Below, in pieces: positions 1-13,523 of a DNA stretch of 64,000 bases. The stretch's first letter is position 1, and the number at the start of each line of letters is the position of its first letter. The stretch spans positions 60,660,082 to 60,724,081 of the forward strand of contig NC_068992.1 in assembly GCF_001194135.2 (NCBI RefSeq), written 5' to 3'. The DNA comes from Octopus bimaculoides. Taxonomy: Eukaryota. Both the position numbers and the translations under genes were made by a program. The notes beneath the pieces are model-generated. The model had not been told where the DNA came from. It worked only from the letters and a program-made list of their open reading frames with translations, and did not search any database.

Positions 1-39
1 ATATATAAGTATACGTATATATTTATTTATATATCAATG

Positions 40-40
<1 letters not shown>

Positions 41-116
<76 letters not shown>
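41..116. repeat. (GATA)n microsatellite
   Basis: Direct reading of tandem gata units. Confidence 0.95.
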
Positions 117-729
117 GAGACGCTTTCAATGCCACTATCAGTGATGCTCGTTCGATATTCCGCCAGGTAGCCGTGATCCCAAAGGCAAAAGATACTATTT
201 ATCATTCACCGACCATTTGCGCTTGCTGTCCGGAAAACCAGTGAATTTAGGTTTTATCAGATGGAAACACGAGACCCGCTTCCACTCAACTGTTTCACAT
301 TATTGATATCTTCCTGCATTGACCCTCCATACAATCCGCTTTCCTGCTGCACTGCAGCCCGAAAATTCTATCCGGAGTAAAGCGAGGGGAAATATCTAAA
401 CGGCCCAGGATAGAAAAACAGTTCTTTGTGTTGGATTTTAATTTTCTCCGCCTACACAACCCCTGTTGATCTAGTAGTCACCGCAAATCTATGATCAATA
501 GTTCTTGTCCTGTCCTCCTCACGGGGCATCTGCATAAACTCCGAGGACCATCCACGATCAGTCCATATGAAACTATGGCATGACCTCATTTCTTTACACT
601 ATCAGTTAAGCACAAATAGGACCACGATCGGTGCTGTAAGGTCTCGAAACCAGCATTTCCTATCGTACATCAGCTTTAGCTCTTAGTCCTATAAAGTGAA
701 ATACCTGAACACTCTACCCAGACACAAGA

Positions 730-892
730 TCGTTCTTTTACACGGCCTAGAAAGGTCCGCCATAATAAGTTCTGAATCTGAGAATGTGTTGAATAAGCAT
801 GTTAAATCTAAAAAGGTGTTGAATAAAATCATAATAGACCGATCCTTCTGTATTTTCTTTTACCCAAAGCCAGGAACTTTGCAGCAATCTAT
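730..892 (+). mobile_element. 3' end of a mariner-derived non-autonomous element
   Basis: Contains tgttgaataaaatcataatagaccgatccttctgtattttcttttacccaaagccaggaac. This is the reverse complement of the element end at 42735-42800 and resembles a mariner transposase C-terminus plus right TIR. Confidence 0.6.
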
Positions 893-1165
893 ATATACAA
901 TTATACAATATATATGTACATATAATATATATATAATTGTATATATATATATATATATATACATATGGAGAGAGAGAGAAAGTGAGAGTATAGCTATACG
1001 CATAAGATATATACTATACATTTATGTACACACACACACACACGCACAAGTGCCAACACTTGAAACTTTCAGACCTTGAGTCACTCTGTTACTTTTGTTA
1101 AATATTACTAAAAATATACACATACTGCTATTTTGAGTTTTATTTTTCCTGTTCCCATCAACATG

Positions 1166-1287
<122 letters not shown>

Positions 1288-1462
1288 TATATATGTATAT
1301 ATATCATCATTGCTTAGGTTAAAATGTGTGTGTATCCATAAACAGCAACATCTTGCCTAGAATATTTTTTGCTCTCAGCTCTCTAAATAATTACTGCCAA
1401 ATACATGCATGCAACTAATATAACTGCATGTAGCTTACATGCTCTTAGTCTCTCTCTCCCTT

Positions 1463-1499
<37 letters not shown>

Positions 1500-1951
1500 C
1501 TCTATCTATCTTTCTATCTATCTGTCTATCTAAATATCTATGTATCTTTATTTGTCTCCCTGTCTCTCTCTCTCATGTCACATTTTTATCTGTATATCTG
1601 TGTATGTGTATATGTGTATGTGTCTATGTGTCTATGTGTGTCTGTATGTGCATTTAAGTGCATGCATATACGTGTTTATACATTACGTATATGCATATAC
1701 TTCCTTACCAATATAAATAGTTTTGTCGATATGCGTATTTCCTTCTACATACGTGTTTGCATAAGCTTTCAAAACATTTTATTTCTAACGTTATTGATAA
1801 TTTGATTAAGAAACGAATCATACTCGCTAACTTCTACTTTCTTACCCGAAATATCCATCAAACGCTTATTGCACTTGATGACATTTCGGTGATGTTAGCA
1901 TTACGCTGTTTCTCTCTTCCTACTTATTTCTGAAAGAACGAAATTGTTTGG

Positions 1952-2014
<63 letters not shown>

Positions 2015-2708
2015 NNNNNNNNNNNNNNNNNNNNNNNNNNNNNNNNNNNNNNNNNNNNNNNNNNNNNNNNNNNNNNNNNNNNNNNNNNNNNNNNNNNNNN
2101 NNNNNNNNNNNNNNNNNNNNNNNNNNNNNNNNNNNNNNNNNNNNNNNNNNNNNNNNNNNNNNNNNNNNNNNNNNNNNNNNNNNNNNNNNNNNNNNNNNNN
2201 NNNNNNNNNNNNNNNNNNNNNNNNNNNNNNNNNNNNNNNNNNNNNNNNNNNNNNNNNNNNNNNNNNNNNNNNNNNNNNNNNNNNNNNNNNNNNNNNNNNN
2301 NNNNNNNNNNNNNNNNNNNNNNNNNNNNNNNNNNNNNNNNNNNNNNNNNNNNNNNNNNNNNNNNNNNNNNNNNNNNNNNNNNNNNNNNNNNNNNNNNNNN
2401 NNNNNNNNNNNNNNNNNNNNNNNNNNNNNNNNNNNNNNNNNNNNNNNNNNNNNNNNNNNNNNNNNNNNNNNNNNNNNNNNNNNNNNNNNNNNNNNNNNNN
2501 NNNNNNNNNNNNNNNNNNNNNNNNNNNNNNNNNNNNNNNNNNNNNNNNNNNNNNNNNNNNNNNNNNNNNNNNNNNNNNNNNNNNNNNNNNNNNNNNNNNN
2601 NNNNNNNNNNNNNNNNNNNNNNNNNNNNNNNNNNNNNNNNNNNNNNNNNNNNNNNNNNNNNNNNNNNNNNNNNNNNNNNNNNNNNNNNNNNNNNNNNNNN
2701 NNNNNNNN

Positions 2709-2740
<32 letters not shown>

Positions 2741-2768
2741 GCACACACATATATATGTATACTTGCAT

Positions 2769-2910
2769 GACAACCTTGGCCGCCCCATTATTTCCTGTAG
2801 CTTCCCCGCAGAAATATCTCAACCTCATCCTTTCCCCATTAGTCGCTGCCATCTCGTCTCATATGCATGACACCAACCACGCCTTTCGCTGCTTCAATTC
2901 TTTCTCCTAA
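2769..2910 (+). mobile_element. Penelope-like retroelement reverse transcriptase fragment (frameshifted)
   Basis: Two frames join to NLGRPIISCSFPAE / KYLNLILSPLVAAISSHMHDTNHAFRCFNSFS. This matches the PLE RT N-terminal pattern GRPIVS..C.TE.IS.YLD.IL.PLV...S.I.DT.H. Confidence 0.7.
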
Positions 2911-3268
2911 CGCACATATAACACTACACACCATCCTCCACGCAGACAACACACATATACACGCACGTACATACACTTCTACACCCTCACACGCACATAG
3001 ACACACATCCCCAGCACACACATATCCCGCTCCACACACACACAAACAACCCCACATGAACACACGTACACACATATATTTATACACTGGGATAGAATAT
3101 TTAGATAAAATAAATACCAGCTTATCTACACCTGGGTATGAGTATAAAAAAACTGCATCCTTCTGCCAGGCCACGTCGAGCCAGTGTAGTAGATTAGGCT
3201 TATAAAACCAGTATGATCTCAAAGCAGCATGTTAGCGGAAAGAACATGCCGTAGTTTTCGTTTTATAG

Positions 3269-3338
3269 TGGACTATACATAAGCAATCCAACTCAAAATT
3301 TTAAAATGTATTCTTTCTATGGAGCCCGGTACCAAATG
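3269..3338 (+). CDS. Candidate internal coding exon, product unknown
   Basis: Acceptor gttttcgttttatag and donor G|gtaagg. Open frame GLYISNPTQNFKMYSFYGARYQM, phase 2 to phase 0. No homology recognised. Confidence 0.3.
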
Positions 3339-6300
3339 GTAAGGGACTCCTGTTTTAAGCAGTTACTCATAGATCCATTTTATACGCCATGAAAATTCCT
3401 TTTGAGAGCAACTCATTAATAGAATGGGTTTAAATCAATTTTTTTTATCTAAGTGAATTAACTCAATGTTTTCTTGTTTCAGTATCATCAAGGTTAGGAT
3501 TGTCAGCTAACATATTCCGCGTTCGTTGTTCAACTGTTTTTCTTATTATTTTTATAGTTAGTATAACGAATCAAGCAATACTGAGTTCCTCGGGGCATAA
3601 AGAGTTTCTTGGGTACTTTAACTGATTCATTAGATTTCGTTAATAGCAATGTTGTTAATGGGTTCTTGCTCAGCCTTCCAGCAACAAATGAGTGCGTTTC
3701 TCTCTAATGGTATAAATGATTGCACGAAGATTGCCATCAACTTTTTTGTTTTGTTGGGTGCCTTTTTCCAAGAGATAATAAGAACGGTCTGTAGCATGTG
3801 GATATAAGCGCTATGAAACTTTGTCTTCAGATGTCTTGTAACTCTCTCAAACAATAAGGTATGCATGTGTATATGTATGGATATATCTAGACATACACGT
3901 ATCGTACGTCCAGCGAAACACTATATCGGTCAACCTTTTAAAACTCGAATTGTTTCGCTGGTGAGCTACCAAAACACTATGTGAGATTATGACCAGTGGT
4001 CTCATCGAGTCAAACAAAATCGAGCAAAAGCTTCCAGATATTGATAAAAACCTACTGATATATATTGACCTGAAACATTTAATCTAATTCAGCAGCTTAT
4101 CTAAAAGTTAGTTCTGGGGCAATGTTTTCAACAGAATCATATAATCAGCTGTATCAAAAGCTAATATATAAGAGACCAGCATACGCCATTGGACAGATCA
4201 TTTACTTTAGTACATTCAAACATCGACTCATATGGTAAACTGCTGAACATATTTGTGTTCTCGGTCAGGCTTCGCGAAAAAAGATGTCAGCTCTTTCCTG
4301 TTTTGTGTGCAAAATCCCTGTGGATTGATTCAAAATTTTTATCAATTATCTGAGCTGCGTTGTTGGTTGATTGAGTCACTGCTAAACTGGAAAAATGTGG
4401 CTGGATGCAGCTTTTCAGTCAGCCAGATTTCTGTAGCTAATTGTCGTTTATCCCGCCAAAAGTTAGTAACCAAATGTCCGTCAAATCACACTTTACAAGC
4501 TATCTATGGAAAATGTCTTAGCTGTGTTAAAGCATATATTTCCTCTATACACGATGATCATGACTATAAGAACAATAAATATGTCTTACATAAGCAACCT
4601 ATAGAAGCTAGGTTAATAACTACTTCTAATGTTTCATATTCCCGCAATGGTTCCAAAACTGATGGTTTAATATCACTGATATATTTTATGCTTAGTTGAA
4701 GAGAAAGTTAGTTGTTTATTATGAATAATTGTTATTTCTATCGGGATATATCTTTCCTACTTTCCTCATATCTCAAAGAAAACTATTATATAGAGAGAAA
4801 TCGTATGACAAATTATCCACTAAAACAAAGAAAGGATCTGCTGTTGCATTTTACTTGAAAGTAATTGAAACCATACTACTAAATCGGGAAAGTTAGAGCT
4901 ATCTTAGAGTTGTGAAGAAAACAATTCTAATTAATTAGTAATATTTATTTTATGAAGAGAAGAAAACATTAGCCTAATTACTAACATTATTTAATCGAAT
5001 TTTAGCAAGAAGGAGCAATCATTCTCAGCGGCAACACTATGAGCGTGAGCAAGAACACACAGACCCACACACCATAGTTATATATACATGTATATGTATA
5101 CATAAATATGTGAGCGTATCTATCTATCTATATATATATATATATATATATATNNNNNNNNNNNNNNNNNNNNNNNNNNNNNNNNNNNNNNNNNNNNNNN
5201 NNNNNNNNNNNNNNNNNNNNNNNNNNNNNNNNNNNNNNNNNNNNNNNNNNNNNNNNNNNNNNNNNNNNNNNNNNNNNNNNNNNNNNNNNNNNNNNNNNNN
5301 NNNNNNNNNNNNNNNNNNNNNNNNNNNNNNNNNNNNNNNNNNNNNNNNNNNNNNNNNNNNNNNNNNNNNNNNNNNNNNNNNNNNNNNNNNNNNNNNNNNN
5401 NNNNNNNNNNNNNNNNNNNNNNNNNNNNNNNNNNNNNNNNNNNNNNNNNNNNNNNNNNNNNNNNNNNNNNNNNNNNNNNNNNNNNNNNNNNNNNNNNNNN
5501 NNNNNNNNNNNNNNNNNNNNNNNNNNNNNNNNNNNNNNNNNNNNNNNNNNNNNNNNNNNNNNNNNNNNNNNNNNNNNNNNNNNNNNNNNNNNNNNNNNNN
5601 NNNNNNNNNNNNNNNNNNNNNNNNNNNNNNNNNNNNNNNNNNNNNNNNNNNNNNNNNNNNNNNNNNNNNNNNNNNNNNNNNNNNNNNNNNNNNNNNNNNN
5701 NNNNNNNNNNNNNNNNNNNNNNNNNNNNNNNNNNNNNNNNNNNNNNNNNNNNNNNNNNNNNNNNNNNNNNNNNNNNNNNNNNNNNNNNNNNNNNNNNNNN
5801 NNNNNNNNNNNNNNNNNNNNNNNNNNNNNNNNNNNNNNNNNNNNNNNNNNNNNNNNNNNNNNNNNNNNNNNNNNNNNNNNNNNNNNNNNNNNNNNNNNNN
5901 NNNNNNNNNNNNNNNNNNNNNNNNNNNNNNNNNNNNNNNNNNNNNNNNNNNNNNNNNNNNNNNNNNNNNNNNNNNNNNNNNNNNNNNNNNNNNNNNNNNN
6001 NNNNNNNNNNNNNNNNNNNNNNNNNNNNNNNNNNNNNNNNNNNNNNNNNNNNNATATATATATATATATATATATATATAAAGGAGACCACTAGGTGGAC
6101 TGTTAATGTGCTAGAAGAAGATCACATGTAATGTGTCTACTAAGACCGAATTGTTCTCAAAGTAAATTTAGCGAAGTAGCAAAAACGTATACGAGCAAGA
6201 CAAGTGAAAATTAAATAAATATATACGAAGTTATCCGCAAACTAGTTTCGAAATTAACACTTTCTTACCGAAAATATCTGTTTCTCATCAGTATGGACTG

Positions 6301-6834
6301 CCAAATAAATATAATTCTCAGAATCGTATACTAGTTGTTCCCCACAAATGAGGCACGTTCACACGGTTCTGTTAATTACATTTATGGTAAGATTCAAAAG
6401 TCTTCGTTTTGGCGCGCTAAATCCGGAAATATCTCTGCAGAAAATGGTTTCTGCATCGAATATACCAACTTTTAGAACGTGGTTATGGTTAATTAAATTA
6501 AAACAGTACGGTAAAAAATTGGATATTAATTAATATCAATTTAATTCAATTTTTTTCTGAATCGGAAGCCATAAGGAGTTTACCTCCCTTTTCAGTCAGA
6601 AGTGCTTTATCGTGGCTAAGAATTGTTTTGACTCTTATATCTACTCATCCAGAAGTAGATAACCATGCTTACATGTACCAAATTCTCACTAACTGTTTTA
6701 AGTCGCTGTGTAGTTGCGAACAGACAAACATCCGGTCTTCGAAGATGTTGCTGCTGAAGGAGGAAGGTCTGCAGCAGCAGCAGAGAGCTAGAATTTATTT
6801 TCGATCGAGTAGTTTGAAGCAACGTGAAATGAAA

Positions 6835-6925
6835 TACATTGCTCAAGGATATAACACACCATCTCGTCCAGTATTCGAACCTATAACCCTGAGAGTGAGC
6901 CCAGTATACCTACCTAATAATCCAC
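6835..6925 (-). mobile_element. tRNA-derived SINE 5' fragment
   Basis: aagcaacgtgaaatgaaatacattgctcaagga...ttcgaacc is the reverse complement of the SINE head also seen at 9203 and 14540. Confidence 0.6.
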
Positions 6926-7174
6926 AGGTCTATACTATATCCATATTTATCTAGCATGAATTTACATATAAAAACTAATACACGCTGTTAACTGAAAGAT
7001 ATATTGAGGTCATATTACTTTATCCATACGTATTTTGTAAATAGACATATCTGCAAACTCAACCCCATGATTCTCCCTCTCTCTCTCCTTTCTCACTGTT
7101 TCTTTCTCTCTTTATATATTTATATATATATGCGCGCATGCGCTACAGTTTCTTCTGTCATATATATTATGTGC

Positions 7175-7251
<77 letters not shown>

Positions 7252-7356
7252 TATATGTACATATATATATTTACACACACACACTTATATATATAAACAC
7301 ACGCATATATATATACATATACATATACATACATATATATATATATGTGTGTGTGT

Positions 7357-7395
<39 letters not shown>

Positions 7396-9202
7396 GTGTT
7401 TATACATGTATTTGTACATATATATATACATATATTGTACATATGACAGTATGTGGTACTTATTGATTTTGTTCTTGTTAGAACCCTACCAGTAGAGTGA
7501 TAGAATATATTATGTGATATCATTCAATATTTTCTAGCATGCGTCTATGTAAATATTTAAGCATTTCTAATGGCAGTCTACTTAATATGAAAGCAAAGTA
7601 GTTCGTGTATTTTTTAATTTTATTTTTTACGTTTCTTTTCTCCTGTATATCAGATATCAATAATATATTACGCATGTTTACATTAACATTTATCAATACA
7701 ATGTTAACTTTTCCTAAGTAATATTTCCAAGTCATTACTTTCTATGGTATCACATATCTTTTACCGATAACCTATACAGATCTTCAATATATGTTGTATA
7801 CTCATATATAAAGGGAAGATAAAGGAATGAAGGTGTAAGTCATTACTTCTATGAGTCAGTAGTGTCTCGGCAGGAACGGGTGTAATCGATAACCCTATGT
7901 CAGTCAGGGGTATTTATACAGTAAAACATATATTTCTCATAAATCATATAAAGACTTAACCCTTCTTTTCACACATTAATTGATTGAGTACAAACTACAT
8001 TTGTTCGTGAATAACAACGCGCAGATGTTCGATAGTAAACTACGAAATACTAAAACTTCAGAAATATTCGCTGACCTTTGTAACAGACTTAAATCTGTTT
8101 AGGTGTAATTTTATCAAGGATACACATGACACTAAACTGATCTTGTAAACTTTACATATTACTGCACATATTCATGCTATCCTTTTTCATCAAATGCATA
8201 ATATATCTAAGAGAATACTAATGAAATATTACAACATTACTGCTGATGGTGTGATTATAATCGTTATGTTATGCTAAAATATATTAACCAAGTTCTTTAC
8301 CAAGAACTATAATTACGACCGCAGTGATACTTCGTGACATTTTGCTGTTGCGATATTGTTGTTATGAAGCTGGGTGTTACTTGTTCTTTTCACATCCTGT
8401 GCTTGGTGTTTTGTGTGGTATCATTCTCATCGTGGAATTATAATTTGTAGTATAGCATCTGATGAGATAATTCTTACTTTCTAGATAGTTTATGATCGAC
8501 ATAGGCTTACAGAAACATTTCGGATGCATTTGCAATATAGTTCTAAATGAATGATTATGCAGTAAAAGTAAAGAAATATGAATTGTTTAAGAGCGCTGTC
8601 ATTTCAAATTGCTTAGTTTCGAAGATTTCCAGCTGATACTAAGACTGGATTTATTTATATTAATAATTACAATGGCTAATATTGCATTCAAATAATTAAT
8701 GAATATTGGCCGTACATCCAATTTTAATTACATCATTGTCATCATTTATGATCTGAGAATCATATGACATAATCAGTTGATGGCATGTCTATTATGGCTT
8801 CGGTAGAACTCATAAATTTTCCGAGGGAAATTTTGCATCGAAAGATTGGTCTACTGTTTCTACGATGTATTACCATCCATTTGCTATGCCTTGTCCTAGA
8901 AACGTCTAACGATATAATTTGTGTACAGGTAGCAACAGATTCCGTATGTTAGAATCTCTTTCATAAAAATCTTACTAAACCATTATTGCCCTTATGCCGA
9001 TGCACCGATGTACCGATGTGCCAACGTGCCGATGTGCAGCGTGTGCTAAATGCGAAACATTTTAGAGTTGTTTTGAACACTGAGCAGAAACAAATCTTTG
9101 TAGATGATTCCTTTGCCTGAGTCTTTAAGCTAATAAAAAGACTATGCCAGTGTATAGGCAGTTACGAATTTGGGCTATTAGCAAGAGATCCTGAGCCCTG
9201 AC

Positions 9203-9410
9203 AGTGGAGGCCGCGTGATCAGAGGGTTAGGATGTTGCATTCATGATCACAAGATCGTGGTTTCGATTTCCAGAGCGGCCGGTGCATTGTGCTGTTGAGC
9301 AGAACACTTTATGTTAAATTTCTGTAAATGAGTAACTCTGCAACAGACTAGCGTCCCGTCCAAAGGAGTGTTGTGTTCTCACTCATACGACATGGAAACC
9401 GAATAACCGA
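9203..9410 (+). mobile_element. tRNA-derived SINE with central conserved domain
   Basis: Degenerate A/B boxes (gcgtgatcagagggtt...ggtttcgattt) followed by ctgcaacagactagcgtcccgtcca, the same domain as at 22010-22033. Confidence 0.7.
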
Positions 9411-10577
9411 TGATGTGCATTCTAGGGCTCAAGGCAGTAATGTCCAGGCATTGAGGATAGTTGGTTCTTATTTGCTAGGAAATAAAGTCAATTTGAACTG
9501 TATCCTCAATTCTATCAGTTATAACATGGCATCATTGACAGATGCTGAGAATATCGGAGAATCTTCAAGTCGAGAATAAGGGGAAAATACTTGATCGACA
9601 TGTCCAAGATTCTTATACAATAAATGTCGTGTATTTACAGATCTACGCTAAAGAGTTATAACAAAAAACAAAAAAAACATTCGTATTCAGATATGTATTG
9701 TGTCCAGCGTAAACAATTCTCTTTTTCTTTAAACAATGATAATCAATTGACTGTAAGTGACTGTAACAATGACGACAGCTGAAATGGACAAGATAGAGAA
9801 AGTAGTCAAAAATCTGTCATTTCTGCTCTGATGGAAATCTGATTAATTCTTCGAATAATGGGAGTGGAGTCTGTCGCAGAGTAAATGACAAAGGAGGTGG
9901 GTGAGATTGGAATTTGATTGTGGAAAAAAAACTGAGTGGATTTGGTAGGTGGAAACTGAAAGAAGCCCGTCGTATATAATANNNNNNNNNNNNNNNNNNN
10001 NNNNNNNNNNNNNNNNNNNNNNNNNNNNNNNNNNNNNNNNNNNNNNNNNNNNNNNNNNNNNNNNNNNNNNNNNNNNNNNNNNNNNNNNNNNNNNNNNNNN
10101 NNNNNNNNNNNNNNNNNNNNNNNNNNNNNNNNNNNNNNNNNNNNNNNNNNNNNNNNNNNNNNNNNNNNNNNNNNNNNNNNNNNNNNNNNNNNNNNNNNNN
10201 NNNNNNNNNNNNNNNNNNNNNNTATATATATATATATATATCAAAAATAAGAAAAAAAAGAGAGTGAACACTGGAGAGGAGTCACTAAATTTTCTTGTGA
10301 TTTGCCATTAAGGGTTTACCAAATAGAGTGGAATAAATCGTAGTTAACATTTCAATATCCTTTTAGTTTTTAACTTGCTTCAGTCATTTGATTGTGGCCA
10401 TGCAGAAGCACCACCTAGAAGTGTTTTAGTCGAACAAATCGACCCCAGGACTTACTTATTAAGCCTAGTTCTTATTCTATCCCTCACATTTGTCAAACCG
10501 ACAGGTTATAGAGACGTAAACACAACAACACTACTTGTCAAGCGGTGACGGGGGCGGAAAACAGGGACACAAAAACA

Positions 10578-10644
<67 letters not shown>

Positions 10645-11559
10645 NNNNNNNNNNNNNNNNNNNNNNNNNNNNNNNNNNNNNNNNNNNNNNNNNNNNNNNN
10701 NNNNNNNNNNNNNNNNNNNNNNNNNNNNNNNNNNNNNNNNNNNNNNNNNNNNNNNNNNNNNNNNNNNNNNNNNNNNNNNNNNNNNNNNNNNNNNNNNNNN
10801 NNNNNNNNNNNNNNNNNNNNNNNNNNNNNNNNNNNNNNNNNNNNNNNNNNNNNNNNNNNNNNNNNNNNNNNNNNNNNNNNNNNNNNNNNNNNNNNNNNNN
10901 NNNNNNNNNNNNNNNNNNNNNNNNNNNNNNNNNNNNNNNNNNNNNNNNNNNNNNNNNNNNNNNNNNNNNNNNNNNNNNNNNNNNNNNNNNNNNNNNNNNN
11001 NNNNNNNNNNNNNNNNNNNNNNNNNNNNNNNNNNNNNNNNNNNNNNNNNNNNNNNNNNNNNNNNNNNNNNNNNNNNNNNNNNNNNNNNNNNNNNNNNNNN
11101 NNNNNNNNNNNNNNNNNNNNNNNNNNNNNNNNNNNNNNNNNNNNNNNNNNNNNNNNNNNNNNNNNNNNNNNNNNNNNNNNNNNNNNNNNNNNNNNNNNNN
11201 NNNNNNNNNNNNNNNNNNNNNNNNNNNNNNNNNNNNNNNNNNNNNNNNNNNNNNNNNNNNNNNNNNNNNNNNNNNNNATATATATATATATATATACATA
11301 TATACATATATATATAGATATAGATATATATGCATACACGTATATATACGTACATGTGTGTTTGGAGGGTTATGTTCAGTATCTTTTGCGGCATCTATAG
11401 TGTAACTATTAGTATCGTTATTATATTTCTTTTTTCTTGTCATTCATTTTGTCTCATATCTATATCTGCCTTTCTTATGTTTTAATAATCTCTCCACCAT
11501 ATCATATCAATTTCCACTATACTACGTTTTCTTTCATATTAGAAACTGGATTAGATTGG

Positions 11560-11750
11560 GATCAAACTAGGGTACAAAGTCAGCAATTTCAGGGTAGGGA
11601 TAAAGTCGATTACATCCACCCCAGTGTTTCACTGGTACTTATTTTATCGACCCCGAATTGTTGGAAGGCAAACTCCACCTCGCCGCAATTTGAACTCAGA
11701 ATTTGAAGACAGACGAAATGCCGCTCAGCATTTCATCCAGAGTGCTAAGC
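11560..11750 (-). mobile_element. Abundant octopus-type SINE (family core ctgagttcaaattccgccgaggtcgactttgcctttcatcc)
   Basis: Reverse-complement match to the core repeated more than 20 times in this window. Confidence 0.8.
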
Positions 11751-11859
11751 CACGTTAGTAATAATAGTTGTGTCTTGTAAGGCACGATTTCGGTAGTTTT
11801 GAAAGGAGCGAGTAAGTCGATACCCTGGGTTCCAGTACTTAACTAATATTTCGTTGTAT

Positions 11860-12012
11860 AACGTACTGAGTTCAAATTCCGCCGAGGTCAACTTTGCCTT
11901 TCATCATTTCGGGAGCGATAAATTAATTAAGTACCAGTTGCGTACTGGAGGTAGATCTAATCGACTAGCCCCTCTTCAAAAATTTCGTGCCTTGTGCCTA
12001 GAGTAGAAAAGA
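11860..12012 (+). mobile_element. Octopus-type SINE, 5'-truncated
   Basis: ctgagttcaaattccgccgaggtcaactttgcctttcatc...aagtaccagttg. Confidence 0.85.
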
Positions 12013-12031
12013 ATATTTCGATGCATAGACC

Positions 12032-12146
<115 letters not shown>

Positions 12147-12194
12147 TGAAGCCAGACTGTGTCATTCGACTCTCAAACGATTTTGCCAGCTCAC

Positions 12195-12900
12195 CACTTT
12201 AATAATACTTCAAGAACAAGGTCTGATTTTGAGGGGCAGGACGGAGTTGACTATACTGGTAATTACCTTGTCGACCTCGTGCTATACTGGTATTTTTTCG
12301 ACCTCGTAAGGATGAAAAGCAGAATCGACCTCAATGGAGTTTGAACTCAGATCGTAGACACGGACGAAATAACGCTAAGCATTTCGTCCGGCGTGCTAAC
12401 GATTCTGCCAGCTCGCCACCTTTCATCACCTTGATGATGGTTTCAAATTTTGCCACAAGGGCAGCTATTTTGGGGGAGAAGATGAGTCGTTTACATAGAT
12501 CCCTAAGGTTTCACTGGTACTTAATTTATTGAGCCCGAAAGGAGGAAAGGCAAAGTCGACCTCGGAGGAATTTGAACTCAGAACTTAGCCATGGGCGAAC
12601 TACCACTGACCATTTCGTCCAGTGCGCTAACGATTCTGCCAGCGCGCTGCATTTTCACCACCTTCATAATAACAACTGATTTAAATTTAAGCACAAAGCT
12701 ATCAGAAAAGCTAGTTAAAAGGCTGACGGAAAGGGGTAGTCAATCACATCGACCACAATATTTGAACGGTGTTTTGTCTTATTCTCACTGAAAGGTACAG
12801 TTGACTTCGACCGGATCTAAACTCAGAGGATAAAGATCTGGAAGAAATTCCACTCATTATTTTGTCCCACTTTCAATTGATTCTGTCAGCTTGGTGCCTT
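12195..12900 (-). mobile_element. Three tandem octopus-type SINE copies
   Basis: gtcgacctc...aatttgaactcaga...gattctgccagc recurs at about 12320-12420, 12550-12650 and, more decayed, 12800-12895. Confidence 0.8.
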
Positions 12901-12949
12901 AAGAGTAATTGTTTCCCATCTAAGTAGAAAGCCAACAATTTTTTAGGGG

Positions 12950-13225
12950 AGCGACATGAATGTTAAAATAAGGCTAAAGATCAACGGAAAAGGAAATATC
13001 TACGCTGAAGTATTGAGAAATCTAAAGCAACTCTATACAAATTACAAGCTCAGGTTTATACCTGTAATTATTGGGGGACCCGGGATATGTAAAAAAATTC
13101 CCTAAATACCAATCTTTAGAAATTAAGCTTCTCAAAACCAGAAAGGAGAAAGCTGATTGGAAGACTACAGATCCATTCCATTACTGGAACTGTAAAAATC
13201 TGTAAAATTTTCCAGAAAAATAAAT
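12950..13225 (+). mobile_element. 3' end of an RLE-type (R2/R4/NeSL superfamily) non-LTR retrotransposon
   Basis: Translates to IYAEVLRNLKQLYTNYKLRFIPVIIG.../ FSKPERRKLIGRLQIHSITGTVKICKIFQK, the typical C-terminal RLE tail (IPVIIGALG motif). Confidence 0.7.
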
Positions 13226-13265
13226 GCATGAAAATAAATACATAAAACAAAGCATACAATTCTGC

Positions 13266-13269
13266 ACAT

Positions 13270-13300
<31 letters not shown>

Positions 13301-13332
13301 CACACACATTCACACATACATACATACATACA

Positions 13333-13366
<34 letters not shown>

Positions 13367-13418
13367 CACACACATTCACACATACATACATACATGCATA
13401 CATACATACATACATACA

Positions 13419-13452
<34 letters not shown>

Positions 13453-13492
13453 CACGCACATTCACACATACATACATACATGCATACATACA

Positions 13493-13523
<31 letters not shown>
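13266..13523. repeat. (TACA)n compound microsatellite with a higher-order unit
   Basis: TACA array interrupted three times by tatatacac(a/g)cacattcacaca. Confidence 0.9.

Noticed and set aside
117-670. Relatively GC-rich, coding-looking stretch
   Set aside because: Every frame I translated has stops and no recognisable motif. Probably a decayed repeat that I could not classify.
4253-4699. 148-aa ORF with CPSNHTLQAIYGKCLSC
   Set aside because: No family recognised, only a non-ATG start, and no convincing donor. One or two ORFs of this length are plausible by chance in 64 kb.
6598-6954. Strong plus-strand acceptor followed by the open frame RSALSWLRIVLTLISTHPEV...
   Set aside because: No good donor, and the frame runs on into a SINE fragment. 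Unresolved, so not called.
9000-9050. Imperfect 8-bp tandem repeat (gatgtgcc-like, about 5 units)
   Set aside because: Ordinary short tandem repeat.
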